Counted from the whole stretch's first letter, positions 44,540 to 58,490 are shown. The stretch: DNA of 62,955 nt, filler included, from Octopus bimaculoides (GCF_001194135.2; 4 parts of 4 records of this genome joined end to end with filler, not necessarily neighbours in it), one strand, 5' to 3'. Made by a program: numbers and translations. The notes: generated by a model not told the origin, from the letters alone.

Positions 44540-47405
44540 ATATGGTCATTTGTTATGACTTTGCGAGTTTTATACCGCTGTACCTAGATGGTTCGGCGTT
44601 GGTGCTATACCTAGAAATGGAAGAAAGGGACCAACTTAGCACGGAAAAAATAGAAATCTGTTTGATGGAGGCCTTTGCAGAAGCAATGTTCAAAGCATAT
44701 GCTCGCCTGGGGAAAGCAAAGTGGACCAGCAAACAGGTCGATGTATTTGCCGATGAACTCAGGAGATTGGCTAAACTAGTGGGACATGAAGGTGAATCAC
44801 TGGACCGAACGGTTAAGTTAGTGTTTGTGACTGGCTTTCCTGACCACATGTCGGTCAAGTTGCAAAAGCTGCCGAACGTTAACTCTATGGCAATGGCAGA
44901 CATTATATCTTGGGCTTGCGTGCTAGTTTTGTGTTGCAGGATGACGCCTGTAGCAGCGACTGCAACAACGAAAAGTGGCTGAGCAAGGAGTAGTGGAGAG
45001 GGGTCAAACAAGGAACATGTGTGACCATTCAAAGGACAGTGTTTCTGGTGTCAGGGCCCGCACATGGTGTGAGACTGCAAGTCACCCAAGCCTGAGGTCA
45101 TTTGCTACCGGTGTCGAGAAGCAGGACATATAGCCAGCGACTGTCTGTGGGGAAACGGTCTAGGGGAGACTACTGTGCCGGTAGTTATACCTTCGGATCA
45201 ATAGAGACGCATTTATTGTTACCTGTAGTCAGCATTCTGGTGGAGGGGACATGGGCTGTACGACGACCCTGATGACTCCAGAAGTGGTAGAGACATGGAG
45301 TGGAGAAAGTAGTGTAAGGGCAGTCGATGGAAGAGAGGTACACTGTGAAGGCATTACAGATGCACAGATTGTGGTGCAGGGATAAAGTTGACACTGCAAG
45401 CAATTGTAGTTGGCCACTTGGTGGATGAGATTGACGTGGTGATGGGGATGGATGCAATCATCTCTTTAGGAGGTGTCACTGTCAACGAGGCCGGTGTAAC
45501 ATTCGGGGTTGCGGGGAAACCGTATATGGCGAGACCGTGCATTGGGGAAAGTATGCTGCACACACCACTGAAGACCAGGACTTTCATGTTGTCTTCAATG
45601 ACCAGAGGTGGACAGTGGAGTGGCACTGGAAGGGAGAGCCCCTGACATTAAAAAATAAAGTGGGCTGCTATCAGCATACTCTGAAAGGAGATGCCAGAAG
45701 CAAGTTTGAGGGGAGGTGGAGCAGTGGATTAAGGAGGGCATATTGATCCCTTGGGAAGAAGAAGTAGAGAGCAGAGTCCTGCCGCTGATGGCAGTGGTAC
45801 AGCCCACAAAGCATAAGGTCAGACCAGTGCTTGACTTCCAAGAGCTGAATGACCACATATCATGTCATACGGGCAGCGAGGCCACAGATGTCTGCGGGGA
45901 CACCTTGCAAGAGTCGATTTGAAGTCGGCATACCTGCAGGTGCATGTGACTGAAAGACTGTGGAAGCATCAGCTTGTCAGGTATAAGGGCCAGACATACT
46001 GTCTGACCAGGCTGGAGTTTGGGCTAAATTCAGCGCCAAAGTTTATGGCAACAATTCTCAAGGTCATCATGGTGGATGAAACCATAATCCCAGCAATGGA
46101 GGTCATAGGCCACCTGAAGAGTTTTGTACTGATGACCAAGCCACCAGAGGCGATGGAGGGAGGCACTGCACTGGGCCTCAAGCTATGGAGAGACAAGACC
46201 GGCACATTGGTGTTCCAGCAAAGGAACAAGATCCCCAAACTGGGCACCAGCATGAGTAGACAGGAACTGTTCTTGGTGTGTGGGAAGCTGGTGGATGGCT
46301 CCAGACAGCATGTAGCTTCATCAAGAGATGAGCTGAAGGAGCGAAGTGGAACAATAAAGTGGGGAAGAAGACTGACATGATGCAGGAAGCCTTGGTCAGA
46401 GTGAGAGCAGAGGATCCAGTGAAAGGCAGTTGGTATGTTCTCAAATCAAAGAATGGGATCATATGGTGTGACACCAGTAGCATCGCGATAGGGGTTGTCT
46501 TAGAAGTGGGAGGCGTTGTGGTGGAAGATGCAGCCTGGCTCAGGAAGATGGATGACTGCAACCATATCAATGTGGCGGAGTTGGATGCCTTCTTGAAAGG
46601 AGTGAACCTAGCCTTGAAGTGGGGGCTGCACACCATAGAAATTAGGACCAATTGGGCCACTGTACTTGGTTGGGTGACGGCAGTCATCACCAATGAGCGA
46701 GGGTGCAAACCAAAGGGGCCACAAAGATGTTGATAAAGCGTCGATTGGGGATACTGCGTGAATTAACCGCTGAGTTTGATCTGAAGCTGAGCATGATCTT
46801 TGTGCCTTCTGAGAAGAACAGGGCAGACGTCCTAATCAGGGTAAAGCAAGCCTGGTTGCAGGTGTCAGAGGATGTGGAGCAGGCTGTGGCTACAGTATGC
46901 CGTCTGAGTGATTTGGAGATTGCATACCATGCATCACATGAGGTGGACAGGACGTTGTTTCTAGCTAGGAAAGTTGACTCCTATGTAACAAGATGGAACG
47001 TGCAGAGAGTGGTTAGCAGCTGTGACAGGTACCAGTCCATCAACCCTGCTCCGGGCGTACATGAGGCGGGAAGTATTCCAGTGGACCACAACTGGAAACG
47101 ACTGGCAGTGGACATAACACACTACCGGCAGGGGATGTACCTCTCAATGGTTGACTGCGGACCAAGGCAGTTGGCCATATGGAGTGAGATGAAGATGGGG
47201 ACCGCAGAGAAAATCGTGAGAGTACTAAATGAGATATTCCTCAAACGAGGTCCCGTGGATGAGCTGCTTCTGGATAATGGCACTGAAAGAAATGCTTGAT
47301 GGGTGGCAGGTCAGCTGCTTCTTCAGGGTGGCATACCAGCCAAGTGGAAATGGAGTGGTGAAAAGGCATCATCATACCATCAAGACCATGGCAGAGAGGG
47401 GTCAC
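44540..47405 (+). mobile_element. Gypsy-like internal region (gag-PR-RT-RH-IN), no LTR seen
   Basis: gag with CX2CX3HX4C and CX2CX4HX4C knuckles (~45041-45144); VRPVLDFQELN; VDLKSAYLQ; LEFGLNSAP; RH WCDTSSIAIG...HINVAELDA; IN LAVDITHY...MVDCG. Confidence 0.8.
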
Positions 47406-47728
47406 ATGAAGGTAGTCTTCAAAGTGGGATGTCATAAACTAGTTGGTACTACATGCCAAGCTTTATTCTGTTCTTTGATAAATAAAATTTACTAATGTTC
47501 CTTGGAGAGAGAAACTATCAAAATCTAGTTTTTGAAAAGATATTTTTGCTTTCACTCTCCATATTCTTGCTGCTTCTAAGTCTTTATATTTCTATATTTC
47601 TTAGTGTTATTATTTTTAAGTTTGTGCTGTGAGTAAGAATTAAATAAATTTTAACACTGATAAAAATGTTCCGTTAGGCTACTAATGCTGTAGTTTTTTA
47701 CATGCAACAAATCTCCTTAAAATTACAG

Positions 47729-47932
47729 GCATATCATAAAGCTAATGATGAACGTAAACAGTACATCCTGGAGATTAACATTACCAAGAGTACATTAGAA
47801 GACTTAAAGATGAAACAGCGATACAATAATATCACCAGCCATTATGCACACAATTGTGTCATGGCTGCACAGATGAACCAACAAAATGACCAGTTCCACA
47901 ACCCAAGACAACAACGGGATGGAGATGGGTAA
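47729..47932 (+). CDS. CFAP43: Probable terminal CFAP43 coding exon (divergent C-terminus)
   Basis: aattacag|GCA. Translates AYHKANDERKQYILEINITKSTLEDLKMKQRYNNITSHYAHNCVMAAQMNQQNDQFHNPRQQRDGDG*. ERK..I and ..K.RY..I resemble the CFAP43 C-terminal coil. The stop codon overlaps a possible GTAAGT donor at 47929. Confidence 0.65.
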   Translation, partial: AYHKANDERKQYILEINITKSTLEDLKMKQRYNNITSHYAHNCVMAAQMNQQNDQFHNPRQQRDGDG

Positions 47933-48670
47933 GTTTATATGTATATATTTCATCATCATCATCATCGTTTAACGTCCGCTTTCCATGCTAGCATGATATA
48001 TATATGTAATTATAAGATACAAGGATCTAAGTGTAGGAAGTTTGTAAGCTTCAAGCAGTCAATGGTAGGTGTAAAAAACAATGTTCAGGAACAATAATAA
48101 TTTATTGGTGTTGAAGCTTCTAGGCCTTTCCCATATCAAAGTTTGGTATGCTGAAAAACATTTTTTTATAGCTCACAGTCAGCGACTTGAGTTGATATGA
48201 ATCATAATCGTCATCATGATTTAGCATCCAAATCCAAATTGAGGGAGTGGAGCTGGTAAAATCCAGGCTACATATGTTTCTAGCTAGCAGATCTGCTGAT
48301 GTAATAATTACTCAACAAGGGGTACTCCACTAGGTACTCATCAGGCCAAAGATACCTTAATTATATGAAGGTTACATTGTTGTTAAGGAATCCCAAATTA
48401 ACTTGCTGAAGTATATACGTATATTTATATATATGTATGTGTATTTCTTCCACATTCACACACAAGGTTTTGATGAATTTTGTCTAACCCATGTCAGCAT
48501 GAAAAACAGATGATGATGATGATGATGGTGGTGGTGGCACCATTCTTGTATCATTTATTCCAACATCCTTCATCTACCTCCCATTAACTGTAATTCCCTG
48601 TGTTTCTTGTTGTCTTCTTTTTACTCTACCATATTTAACTAGGTACATATTAAACAAGTCTTCTATCTCA

Positions 48671-48854
48671 TCTATAGATGTGTTCCAGCAGTGCTCACTG
48701 CTAGTGAAGTATCTGCCTGTCTGCCTGCATGCCTGTTGCTGGCCTGCCGATTCTTTGGCTACTGACAGGCCGGAGCGTGCTATATGTCTGTCTGTCTCTC
48801 TCTCTCTATCTATCTATCTATTACTCGAAAGTTCGCGCGTCCGCGCAGGGCTAG
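48671..48854 (+). mobile_element. Short Helitron-like non-autonomous element (second partial copy ~48970-49073)
   Basis: A|TC start, GCGCG-tc-CGCGC subterminal hairpin, CTAG|T end, no TSD. Confidence 0.55.
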
Positions 48855-49180
48855 TCGTGAGTAGAAAACACAAATTTAATATAAAAACATATTTCCTGAA
48901 ATTGCAAATTATTTAAAATATAAAAATATAATTTTGGCACTATCATGCTATTAGCTGTCAGAAGTGAAAGTGCTCACTGCTAGTGAAGTATCTGTCTGTC
49001 TGCCTGTCGATTCTTTGGCTACTGACAGCTAATACCATGACTGGCTGGAGCGTGCTATATGTCTGTCTCTCTCNNNNNNNNNNNNNNNNNNNNNNNNNNN
49101 NNNNNNNNNNNNNNNNNTTAATTAATTAANNNNNNNNNNNNNNNNNNNNNNNNNNNNNNNNNNNNNNNNNNNNACACACA

Positions 49181-49276
<96 letters not shown>

Positions 49277-49420
49277 TGTGTGTGTGTGTGTGTGTATTGA
49301 TGTACCTTGATCCTTATGGAAGCATATAACAATATAGTTTATCTATACGTGCTCACACACAGACATGAATGTGCGCATGTTTAAGTTTGTGTGTGTGTAT
49401 ATGTATGTATGTGTGTCTGT

Positions 49421-49937
49421 GACTCTGTCAGTGTCCGTATATGAGCGTCGATGCTTATATGCGAGAGTGTCTTTATGTCTCTCTATCGATGTGCACCAGT
49501 TCCCACAGGTTAGTATGTGTAGGGTCTAGTGTTTCTGTATGTGCACGATACTATTTTCCGAAACATAAAGTCACTCCCTCACATTCTCTGAGATACCCTC
49601 TGTTCTTGTGTGGCCTACCAAGACATCACTGATACAGGAAATCTAGAGTGGTACACAATTCTTTGTTCTAACCCATAAAAGCTCTCATTCTGTTAATGTC
49701 TTGAGTAGCCATAAATTTTCCGTCTCGCATGCATTGCTACGTTGAGAAACGAACCTTAACTGATCACTTGGTAACTTATGGCTTCTTTATGGCAATCTAA
49801 ATATGTTTCGCCATAACGGGAGCACCCTATTTAAACATATATATAAATATATTGTAAGTATGTGTATGTCTGTATGCATATATATATGTATATATATATG
49901 TGTGTGTGTGTGTGTGCGTGTGTGTGTGTGTGTGTGC

Positions 49938-49971
<34 letters not shown>

Positions 49972-50365
49972 NNNNNNNNNNNNNNNNNNNNNNNNNNNNN
50001 NNNNNNNNNNNNNNNNNNNNNNNNNNNNNNNNNNNNNNNNNNNNNNNNNNNNNNNNNNNNNNNNNNNNNNNNNNNNNNNNNNNNNNNNNNNNNNNNNNNN
50101 NNNNNNNNNNNNNNNNNNNNNNNNNNNNNNNNNNNNNNNNNNNNNNNNNNNNNNNNNNNNNNNNNNNNNNNNNNNNNNNNNNNNNNNNNNNNNNNNNNNN
50201 NNNNNNNNNNNNNNNNNNNNNNNNNNNNNNNNNNNNNNNNNNNNNNNNNNNNNNNNNNNNNNNNNNNNNNNNNNNNNATATATATATATATATATACGCA
50301 TATCTATACACATACATATGCATACAAACATTGCGATATATATACATATACATACATACATTGAG

Positions 50366-50406
<41 letters not shown>

Positions 50407-52367
50407 TGTACTGTATATGCGCACGCATTAGAATTTTCGCTATGTTTTTGCAACGGCGGGAGTGCGATGTATCTGTGTTTATGGATATATGTTTACTTGT
50501 ATATGTGCGTTTGGGTGTGTGTGTGCGTACCAAGATATATCTATACATAGGTACACATGAAAACAAATCCATATTAACATGACTATTCAGAGACAAACTT
50601 TATATATATGTTTATACATATATATATACACACACACATTAATATACTCCTGCGCTAATCATATTCCTATCCTGGTGCTATTGTAAACATAAATGCTGTA
50701 TTTACACATGTATGTAGTATTTATCCTTTTCTAGTTTCAGTTATTAAACTGCGCCCATGTTGGTGCACCAACTGGAAGGGTTCGCTCGAATAAAATCAAC
50801 GCCAGTACCTTTTTAAAGGTCTGGTACTTATACAATTGGTGTCTACTAGCTGAAACGCTAATTTGTGGGGATGCAAACAAAGGAAAGCCGGTTGTCAAGC
50901 GATGGCTGTGGACAAACACTGACAGATGCATTCATAAATGCATGCATACATACATACATTCGTACATACATACATACATACATACATACATACATGCATA
51001 CATAAATGGGTAGATATCTTGTATGCTAGACAGTAACGGCTGTATTGACTGTAAGAGTAGCCACCCCTGGAACTGCAATAGATACATAACATCCCACCTA
51101 CCAAGGATTTGCCTTCGCTAACCACGAACAAGAGATAGCAACTTAATATCTGATAAACAAGAGGAACAAAAATACTACCAAACCTCCATGCTGTGATAAA
51201 CAAAATGTCGGCTTTCTTATACCAGTGTGAAAGTTATCACCAAAGCTATCAACAGCGATTCCAAATTGTCTACGAGATACTGCAAGCCCCCCGAGGCATG
51301 ATATATTTGCAAAGATTATTTACAATGCTATCCACAGGAAGGTCTGACCTGATGTATACATCAAAGGCATGTCAGAACCAGCATGAATTCACACCTCTAA
51401 AGACAAGGAATACTGGTGAAACACTCCAATGCAAACAGTAATTCGGTGCAAACACGAGAGTCCTGATATTGTTCTTTGGAACAGAGAACTAGTCATGCAC
51501 TCTTGTAAAGCTCGTCTATCCACCGGACGTGAATGCAAGTTCAAGAACAAGAGAATATTTACGACGAATTCATACGGACCTCACAGCTCTTGTGCCCTGT
51601 CTATAAAATTCTCATTTGAACTTATCACCATTGGTGTATTAGGTTATGTACAAAAAAATTTACACAAATATTCGGTTTCACAGAGAAAGAGCAAAAACAA
51701 AAAAAATACTGGCTCAGACACTCCAAGTGAAATCTCTTAGTGACTCAGTTAAAGCTTGTAAGACATTCCAAAGACTCGTATGTGAATAGATACACACATT
51801 TAGGTGTATGGATTGGCAGTTTAACCAACGCACCAAATCAACCACATATTTACAAACACCGTGAACTCTCGTAACACAAAATGTCTAAAAGCTTTGTTAG
51901 AAACGGGTTTGAACTCTCTTAAGAACCTAAATAATACACAAAGACAAGACATCTATTCATGCGTACGTATATATACATACACGATAAAAGACTTTCGTAG
52001 GCTGAGAAAGATGGTCCTGCAATTTTTTTCCTGAGCAACCTGCACAAAGGCTTCGTTTATAGTGATCAAATTCATATGTTGTGCATCAGCTCACTCCCTC
52101 CATCAAACCAACGTTGCTTGTACGTGTGCGTGTGTGTATGTGTATGTGTGTGATGTATGTGTATGTGCATGTGTGTGTGTTTGTGTGTGTGTGCGTGTGT
52201 GTGTGAGAGTGTATTTGACTCTTTCAGTGTCCGTATATGAGCGTGGATGCGTATAGGCGTGAGTGTCTTTATGTTTCTCTATCGACGTGCACCAGTTCAC
52301 ACAGGTTAGTATGTGTAGGTCCAGTGTTTCTGTGTGGACACGATACTATTTTCCGAAATATAAGTCA
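49421..52367 (+). repeat. Two copies of an unassigned ~150-bp repeat (49421-49573, 52217-52367)
   Basis: cagtgtccgtatatgagcg...gtgcaccagttc.cacaggttagtatgtgtagg...cacgatactattttccgaaa occurs in both. Confidence 0.75.
51050..51790 (+). mobile_element. Second R4/Dong-like REL retrotransposon remnant
   Basis: PRHDIFAKIIYNAIHRK; RCKHESPDIVLWNRE; ITIGVLGYV; VKACKTFQR, with frameshifts. Confidence 0.65.
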
Positions 52368-52971
52368 GTTCCTTACGATGTATATGCAGAGCAACGTGAG
52401 AGGGAGTGTTTTGCCCCAGAAATCACCGCACCAACCTGTCCGTGATTTGAAACTGCGATCTCATGTTCGTGAGTGCCACAGTTTAACCACTAGTCCATGC
52501 GTACTCATACATACACACATACACATCTATTCAGAAAGGATGGAGATATAGCAGAAGACACTTGCCCAAGGTGCCATCAGTATATATACACATATATATA
52601 TAAAGGCATGTACATATATGTGTATGTGTGAATACATACATACATATATATATGTATATGTATATGTATATATATATATATGTACACATGTACACATATG
52701 TATGTATGTATGTACATATGTATGCATGTATGCATGTGTGTATATTTAAATATATAATCCTATAAGCGACCCTATTTTGATAAGGTAATAAATACACAGG
52801 AGATTTAGTATGGAAGTATCGTTAAGAGCATAAGATGTCAGTCTTTTGTCAGATATATTACTCAAAACATACGTATTCCCTATACTGCGTGAATGTACTT
52901 ATAAATGTATAAATATATGGATACACACACACACACACACACACACACATGCACAAATATATATACATATA

Positions 52972-53580
52972 CAAGATTTGATCAATAAGTACCCGGACTG
53001 TTGTCATAGTAACGAAGGTAAAGTATGCAGAGTAAAGCAGCTTGGCAAAGATTGAACTTCACCTCTGCTGTGGAGGCGCATTAAATTTTAACGTTCTAAT
53101 TCACTTCCGCTATTTACAGCAGTGCTTGGAAGTAACGTGTGTAACATGTGATCGTGGTATTGAACATGACAAAGTAAGTTGTCATGGCAATACCTGATCA
53201 GAAGCCAACACAAAATTGCAGAAAATGTACAGAGACCAGTGTATGAGCCGCACACAAGTGTAGGAGTGGTTCATACGTTTCCAAGATGGCCGAAAAATGT
53301 CTATATTGACGAACGTTCTGGGAGATCCGCAACCAGCAGAACTGAGAAATATATTGCAAATGTGCATGCAGCTGTGAGGGGAAATCGTCGAATCCCCATC
53401 CGTGAGTTATTAAAAGATGTGCAGATTAGCTACAGTTCAGAGCAGCCTATTATCACTGTAGATTTGGGTATGACACGCGTATCTGCCAACTTTGCACCCA
53501 AGAAGACACTTGGGTTTCCCTTGCACACGATTTCCTTGAATGTGACGAGAACGATGAAAACTTTTTGAAAACTTTGCATA
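52972..53580 (+). mobile_element. Mariner 5' remnant
   Basis: TA|caagatttgatcaataagtacccggact end; DERSGRSATSRTEKYIANVHAAVRGNRRIPIREL...LGMTRVSANFAPK. Confidence 0.75.
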
Positions 53581-53715
53581 GGCCTCTGAGCAGGTGTTGT
53601 CAAGCTTTTGGCAAAATTTGGTGCCGATTCTCTGCTCAACTTTCTGTCATGGTCAATGCAACAATCACACGCTACACACGTTCCTTACAAGCACTGCTGT
53701 AAACAGCTGGTTCTT

Positions 53716-54032
53716 ATTTTATTGACTTTGAAAGGATGAAAGGCAAACTCGACCTTCAAGGAATTTGAACTCAGAACATAAAGACGGACAAAATGCCGCG
53801 AAGCATTTTGCCCGGCAGCATGCTAATATTTATTCTTTTCTACTCTAGGCACCAGGCCCGAAATTTTTGGGGGTTAGATCGATCCCAGTACGCAACTAGT
53901 ACTTAATTTATCGACCTCAAAAGGATGAAAGGCCGAGTCGACCTCGGCGGAATTTGAACTCAGAATATAGCGGCAGACGAAATACCGCTAAGCATTTCGC
54001 CCGGCGTGCTAACGTTTCCGCTAGCTCGCCGC
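53716..54032 (-). mobile_element. Two adjacent or nested SINE family B copies
   Basis: The aaggatgaaagg..agtcgacct...gaatttgaactcagaa block occurs twice. Confidence 0.75.
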
Positions 54033-54506
54033 CTTTCACCTTTGTCATTTATTTCAGAAAACAAATAAACAACCAAGAATGAAAGACGACTTTCGACAGC
54101 AAATCAACACTATATTCTAATTTGAATATATTTTACTTTATTCCTGCCTTTATTACCCTTGAAAAATGGTATAATCATTACACATCTCGTTTCGTTTCGT
54201 ATGAAATCCACAGTGTTTAACCTTTATCAAAGAGTCACCAAAATTTTTAATATCAAAAGCCATTTCATCTCTTTACACTCCACCCGGATCTGGAAGTATA
54301 TGGCTTTTTATCTCTGTAAAACACACTTAATTTGCTTACAGTTTTCTTTTAGCCTTTCCTTTTTCTTTCCTGCCATTTAAGAAATTTCCTTCTCATTCAT
54401 ACTCCCCAGGTGTTCTTGCTATCAACTGACGGAACGGGAGTCTTGCAATAACTTCAGTTATTACTTGTTATAACTTAAGTACGAAACCCTTTCTCCTTCT
54501 ACATAC

Positions 54507-54651
<145 letters not shown>

Positions 54652-55550
54652 ATTATTATTATTATTATCATTTTCTTTTTTTCTTGTTTATCATTGCCGG
54701 TAATTTCTATGATTAATCCCATTTGTGAATGANNNNNNNNNNNNNNNNNNNNNNNNNNNNNNNNNNNNNNNNNNNNNNNNNNNNNNNNNNNNNNNNNNNN
54801 NNNNNNNNNNNNNNNNNNNNNNNNNNNNNNNNNNNNNNNNNNNNNNNNNNNNNNNNNNNNNNNNNNNNNNNNNNNNNNNNNNNNNNNNNNNNNNNNNNNN
54901 NNNNNNNNNNNNNNNNNNNNNNNNNNNNNNNNNNNNNNNNNNNNNNNNNNNNNNNNNNNNNNNNNNNNNNNNNNNNNNNNNNNNNNNNNNNNNNNNNNNN
55001 NNNNNNNNNNNNNNNNNNNNNNNNNNNNNNNNNNNNNNNNNNNNNNNNNNNNNNNNNNNNNNNNNNNNNNNNNNNNNNNNNNNNNNNNNNNNNNNNNNNN
55101 NNNNNNNNNNNNNNNNNNNNNNNNNNNNNNNNNNNNNNNNNNNNNNNNNNNNNNNNNNNNNNNNNNNNNNNNNNNNNNNNNNNNNNNNNNNNNNNNNNNN
55201 NNNNNNNNNNNNNNNNNNNNNNNNNNNNNNNNNNNNNNNNNNNNNNNNNNNNNNNNNNNNNNNNNNNNNNNNNNNNNNNNNNGCTCACACTTGACTAAAC
55301 CGCGATCTTAGAAGAGCTCCTAAAAAGCTACATACATACATACATACATACATACATACATACATACATACATACACACATGCAAACATACATACATGCG
55401 TACACACATATATATGTATATACATATATTTATATGTATATATTATTTATATTCATATATATACATGTATATATGTGCGTGTATATATGTCTGTGTGTGT
55501 GTGTATGTATTTCAGAATGAAGCCACATATATGCTAAATGGGGTACCTCT

Positions 55551-55593
<43 letters not shown>

Positions 55594-55882
55594 CACACAA
55601 ACACACACACATATGTATGCATATGGGTGTATATATATATTTATATATATATGTATATGCATGTATATGCATATATATAAGCACACACATGCGTACACAC
55701 GCACACACACACACGCACACACACACATACATACATACATACATACATACATACATACAAACATACGTACATATACAAGCGCACTTAGCTATGTCTATAT
55801 GTATTAAGGAGGAGAATTAAAGAGTGACTAACTATAATGATGTTAATAATAATAATTTATATTGGCACCGGTCCATCACTTT

Positions 55883-55919
<37 letters not shown>

Positions 55920-56701
55920 AGTTGGTCGTTGAAACCGACCGGGATGGATTCCTTACCCTCAACAAATTCGGGTTCTCTCTCCACCTACAAAACCGTTAAA
56001 TACATTGACTTTGTACTTTCTTCGTTATTTTCTTCGTTTCCATGTAGAATTTTTCCTTTTTTTTTGTTCTTTATTCCTTATTTTGTTTTGTTTTGTTTTT
56101 TTAGTGATTCATTACTTAACATCTAGATGTTAATTAATTAACTGTAAAATGCTGGTGTTTATGTAATTAGAATCATTCTTCCCCCTCAAAGGAGCAAGAG
56201 TAAAGTTGTCTTTTGTGAGATAATAATACTGAGTACGAAATAGGATAGAAAGAAAATTAATGCAGGTATTTAATCCTTTATTTAACCAATCTTGCTGTGC
56301 CCACCATCAATGGTAACAGGATAACAGGTTTCGCGTGGTGGGGTAGTCGATACAATCGACTCCTCGACTTCATTATCTTCTTACCATTATCCTTTATTTG
56401 CTTTATTCATTGGACCACGGCCATGCTGGAGCCTCTCCTGCACAGATTTCGTCGAAAAAATTAACCCTAGTACTTCTTTATGTCTTGAGCTTATTGTATA
56501 GGATCCTTTTGCTGAGTCGCTTGTTTACGGAGACGTAAACAAACAGAGGCCGGTTGTCTAGCAGTAAATGGGAACAACCACAACCACAAAGACACACAGA
56601 CACACACACACACACACACACACACACATTTATATATATGAATACATAAATACATATACATATGTAAACACATGCATATTCATATAAATCTCCACATACT
56701 C

Positions 56702-56741
<40 letters not shown>

Positions 56742-57361
56742 AATGTGTTATAATACTATTCCACATATATAAAAACAGCCATACCAACAATCCAACATAC
56801 TCCTATCATCAGCTGCCCCACAGATATCATTATTGTTTCGACACCTGGGCAGTACCTTTCAATCCAGCGGTGTCAACAGCACTAAAATAAGTGTTGTCTA
56901 GCAACAAACATACTAAAGAAACCACAACTTTCAAACACATTTATCGTATGTACAACAGCATCAGTAAATAAATTCAATAAGTAAAGCTATAAGTAATTCC
57001 TAAATACGTAACTAAACAGCGTCCAGTCCATTAACTTGTACAAAAAAATGTTCCGTACTGTCTTCCATAGTACAATAGGAAAGTGAAAGTTTAAGAACCA
57101 TATTCATTCAATCTAAATAAGAACAGGATTAAACACTAACTTTAAAATGCATTTTGTTTAAACGAACCTGGTAAACGAACCTGTTGATCCATGAAATTTC
57201 TCGGGTGGAGGCTAGTTGATTACATTAAACCCAGTACATGACGGGTACATATTTTTATCGATCCCAAGAGGACGAGAGGCAAAGTCGATCTCGGAGGTCT
57301 TTGGTATTAGGATATGATGCCGGATATGTTGTTAAAAGATTTTCTCGGGTGCTCTGACAAT

Positions 57362-57561
57362 TCAAAGAAGGAAGACAAAAGAAGAGCAGGAAGTGCAGGA
57401 GAAGTGGGGAGGTGGAGGAGGAGGAGATAGTACAAAAGGAAGAAGAAAAAGAGAGCAGAAAAAGAGCAAGGGGAAAGGAAGGAAATAATGAAAGAAAGAA
57501 GTGGAGGAAGAGAAAGAAGGAGGAGAAGGAGGAGAAAGAAGAAGAAGGAGAAGAAACAACA

Positions 57562-57593
<32 letters not shown>

Positions 57594-58458
57594 AGAAGAA
57601 GAAAAAGGAGAAGAAGAAGTAGAAGAAGTAGGAGGAGGAGGGGGAGGAGGAGAAAAAGAAGAAGTAGAAGAAGAAGAAGGAGGAGGAGGAGGAGGAGGAA
57701 AAGAAGAAGAAGAAGAAGAAGAAGAAGACGAAGAAGAAGAAGAAGAAGAAGGAGGAGGGGAGGAGGAGGAGGAGGGGAGAAGGAGGAGGAGAAAAAGAAG
57801 AAGAAGAAGACGAAGAAGAAGAAGAAGAAGAAGAAGAAGNNNNNNNNNNNNNNNNNNNNNNNNNNNNNNNNNNNNNNNNNNNNNNNNNNNNNNNNNNNNN
57901 NNNNNNNNNNNNNNNNNNNNNNNNNNNNNNNNNNNNNNNNNNNNNNNNNNNNNNNNNNNNNNNNNNNNNNNNNNNNNNNNNNNNNNNNNNNNNNNNNNNN
58001 NNNNNNNNNNNNNNNNNNNNNNNNNNNNNNNNNNNNNNNNNNNNNNNNNNNNNNNNNNNNNNNNNNNNNNNNNNNNNNNNNNNNNNNNNNNNNNNNNNNN
58101 NNNNNNNNNNNNNNNNNNNNNNNNNNNNNNNNNNNNNNNNNNNNNNNNNNNNNNNNNNNNNNNNNNNNNNNNNNNNNNNNNNNNNNNNNNNNNNNNNNNN
58201 NNNNNNNNNNNNNNNNNNNNNNNNNNNNNNNNNNNNNNNNNNNNNNNNNNNNNNNNNNNNNNNNNNNNNNNNNNNNNNNNNNNNNNNNNNNNNNNNNNNN
58301 NNNNGGAGGAGGAGGAGAAAAAGAAGAAGAAGAAAAAGAAGAAGAAGAAGAAGAAGAAGAAGGAGGGGGAGGAGGAGGAGGAGGAGGAGAAGGAGGAGAA
58401 GGAGAAGAAGAAGAAGAAGAAGAAGGAGAAGAAGAAGAAGAAGAAGAAGAAGAAGAAG

Positions 58459-58489
<31 letters not shown>

Positions 58490-58490
58490 T
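57362..58490 (+). repeat. (GAA/GGA)n polypurine tract (N-gap inside)
   Basis: Directly visible simple repeat. Confidence 0.95.
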
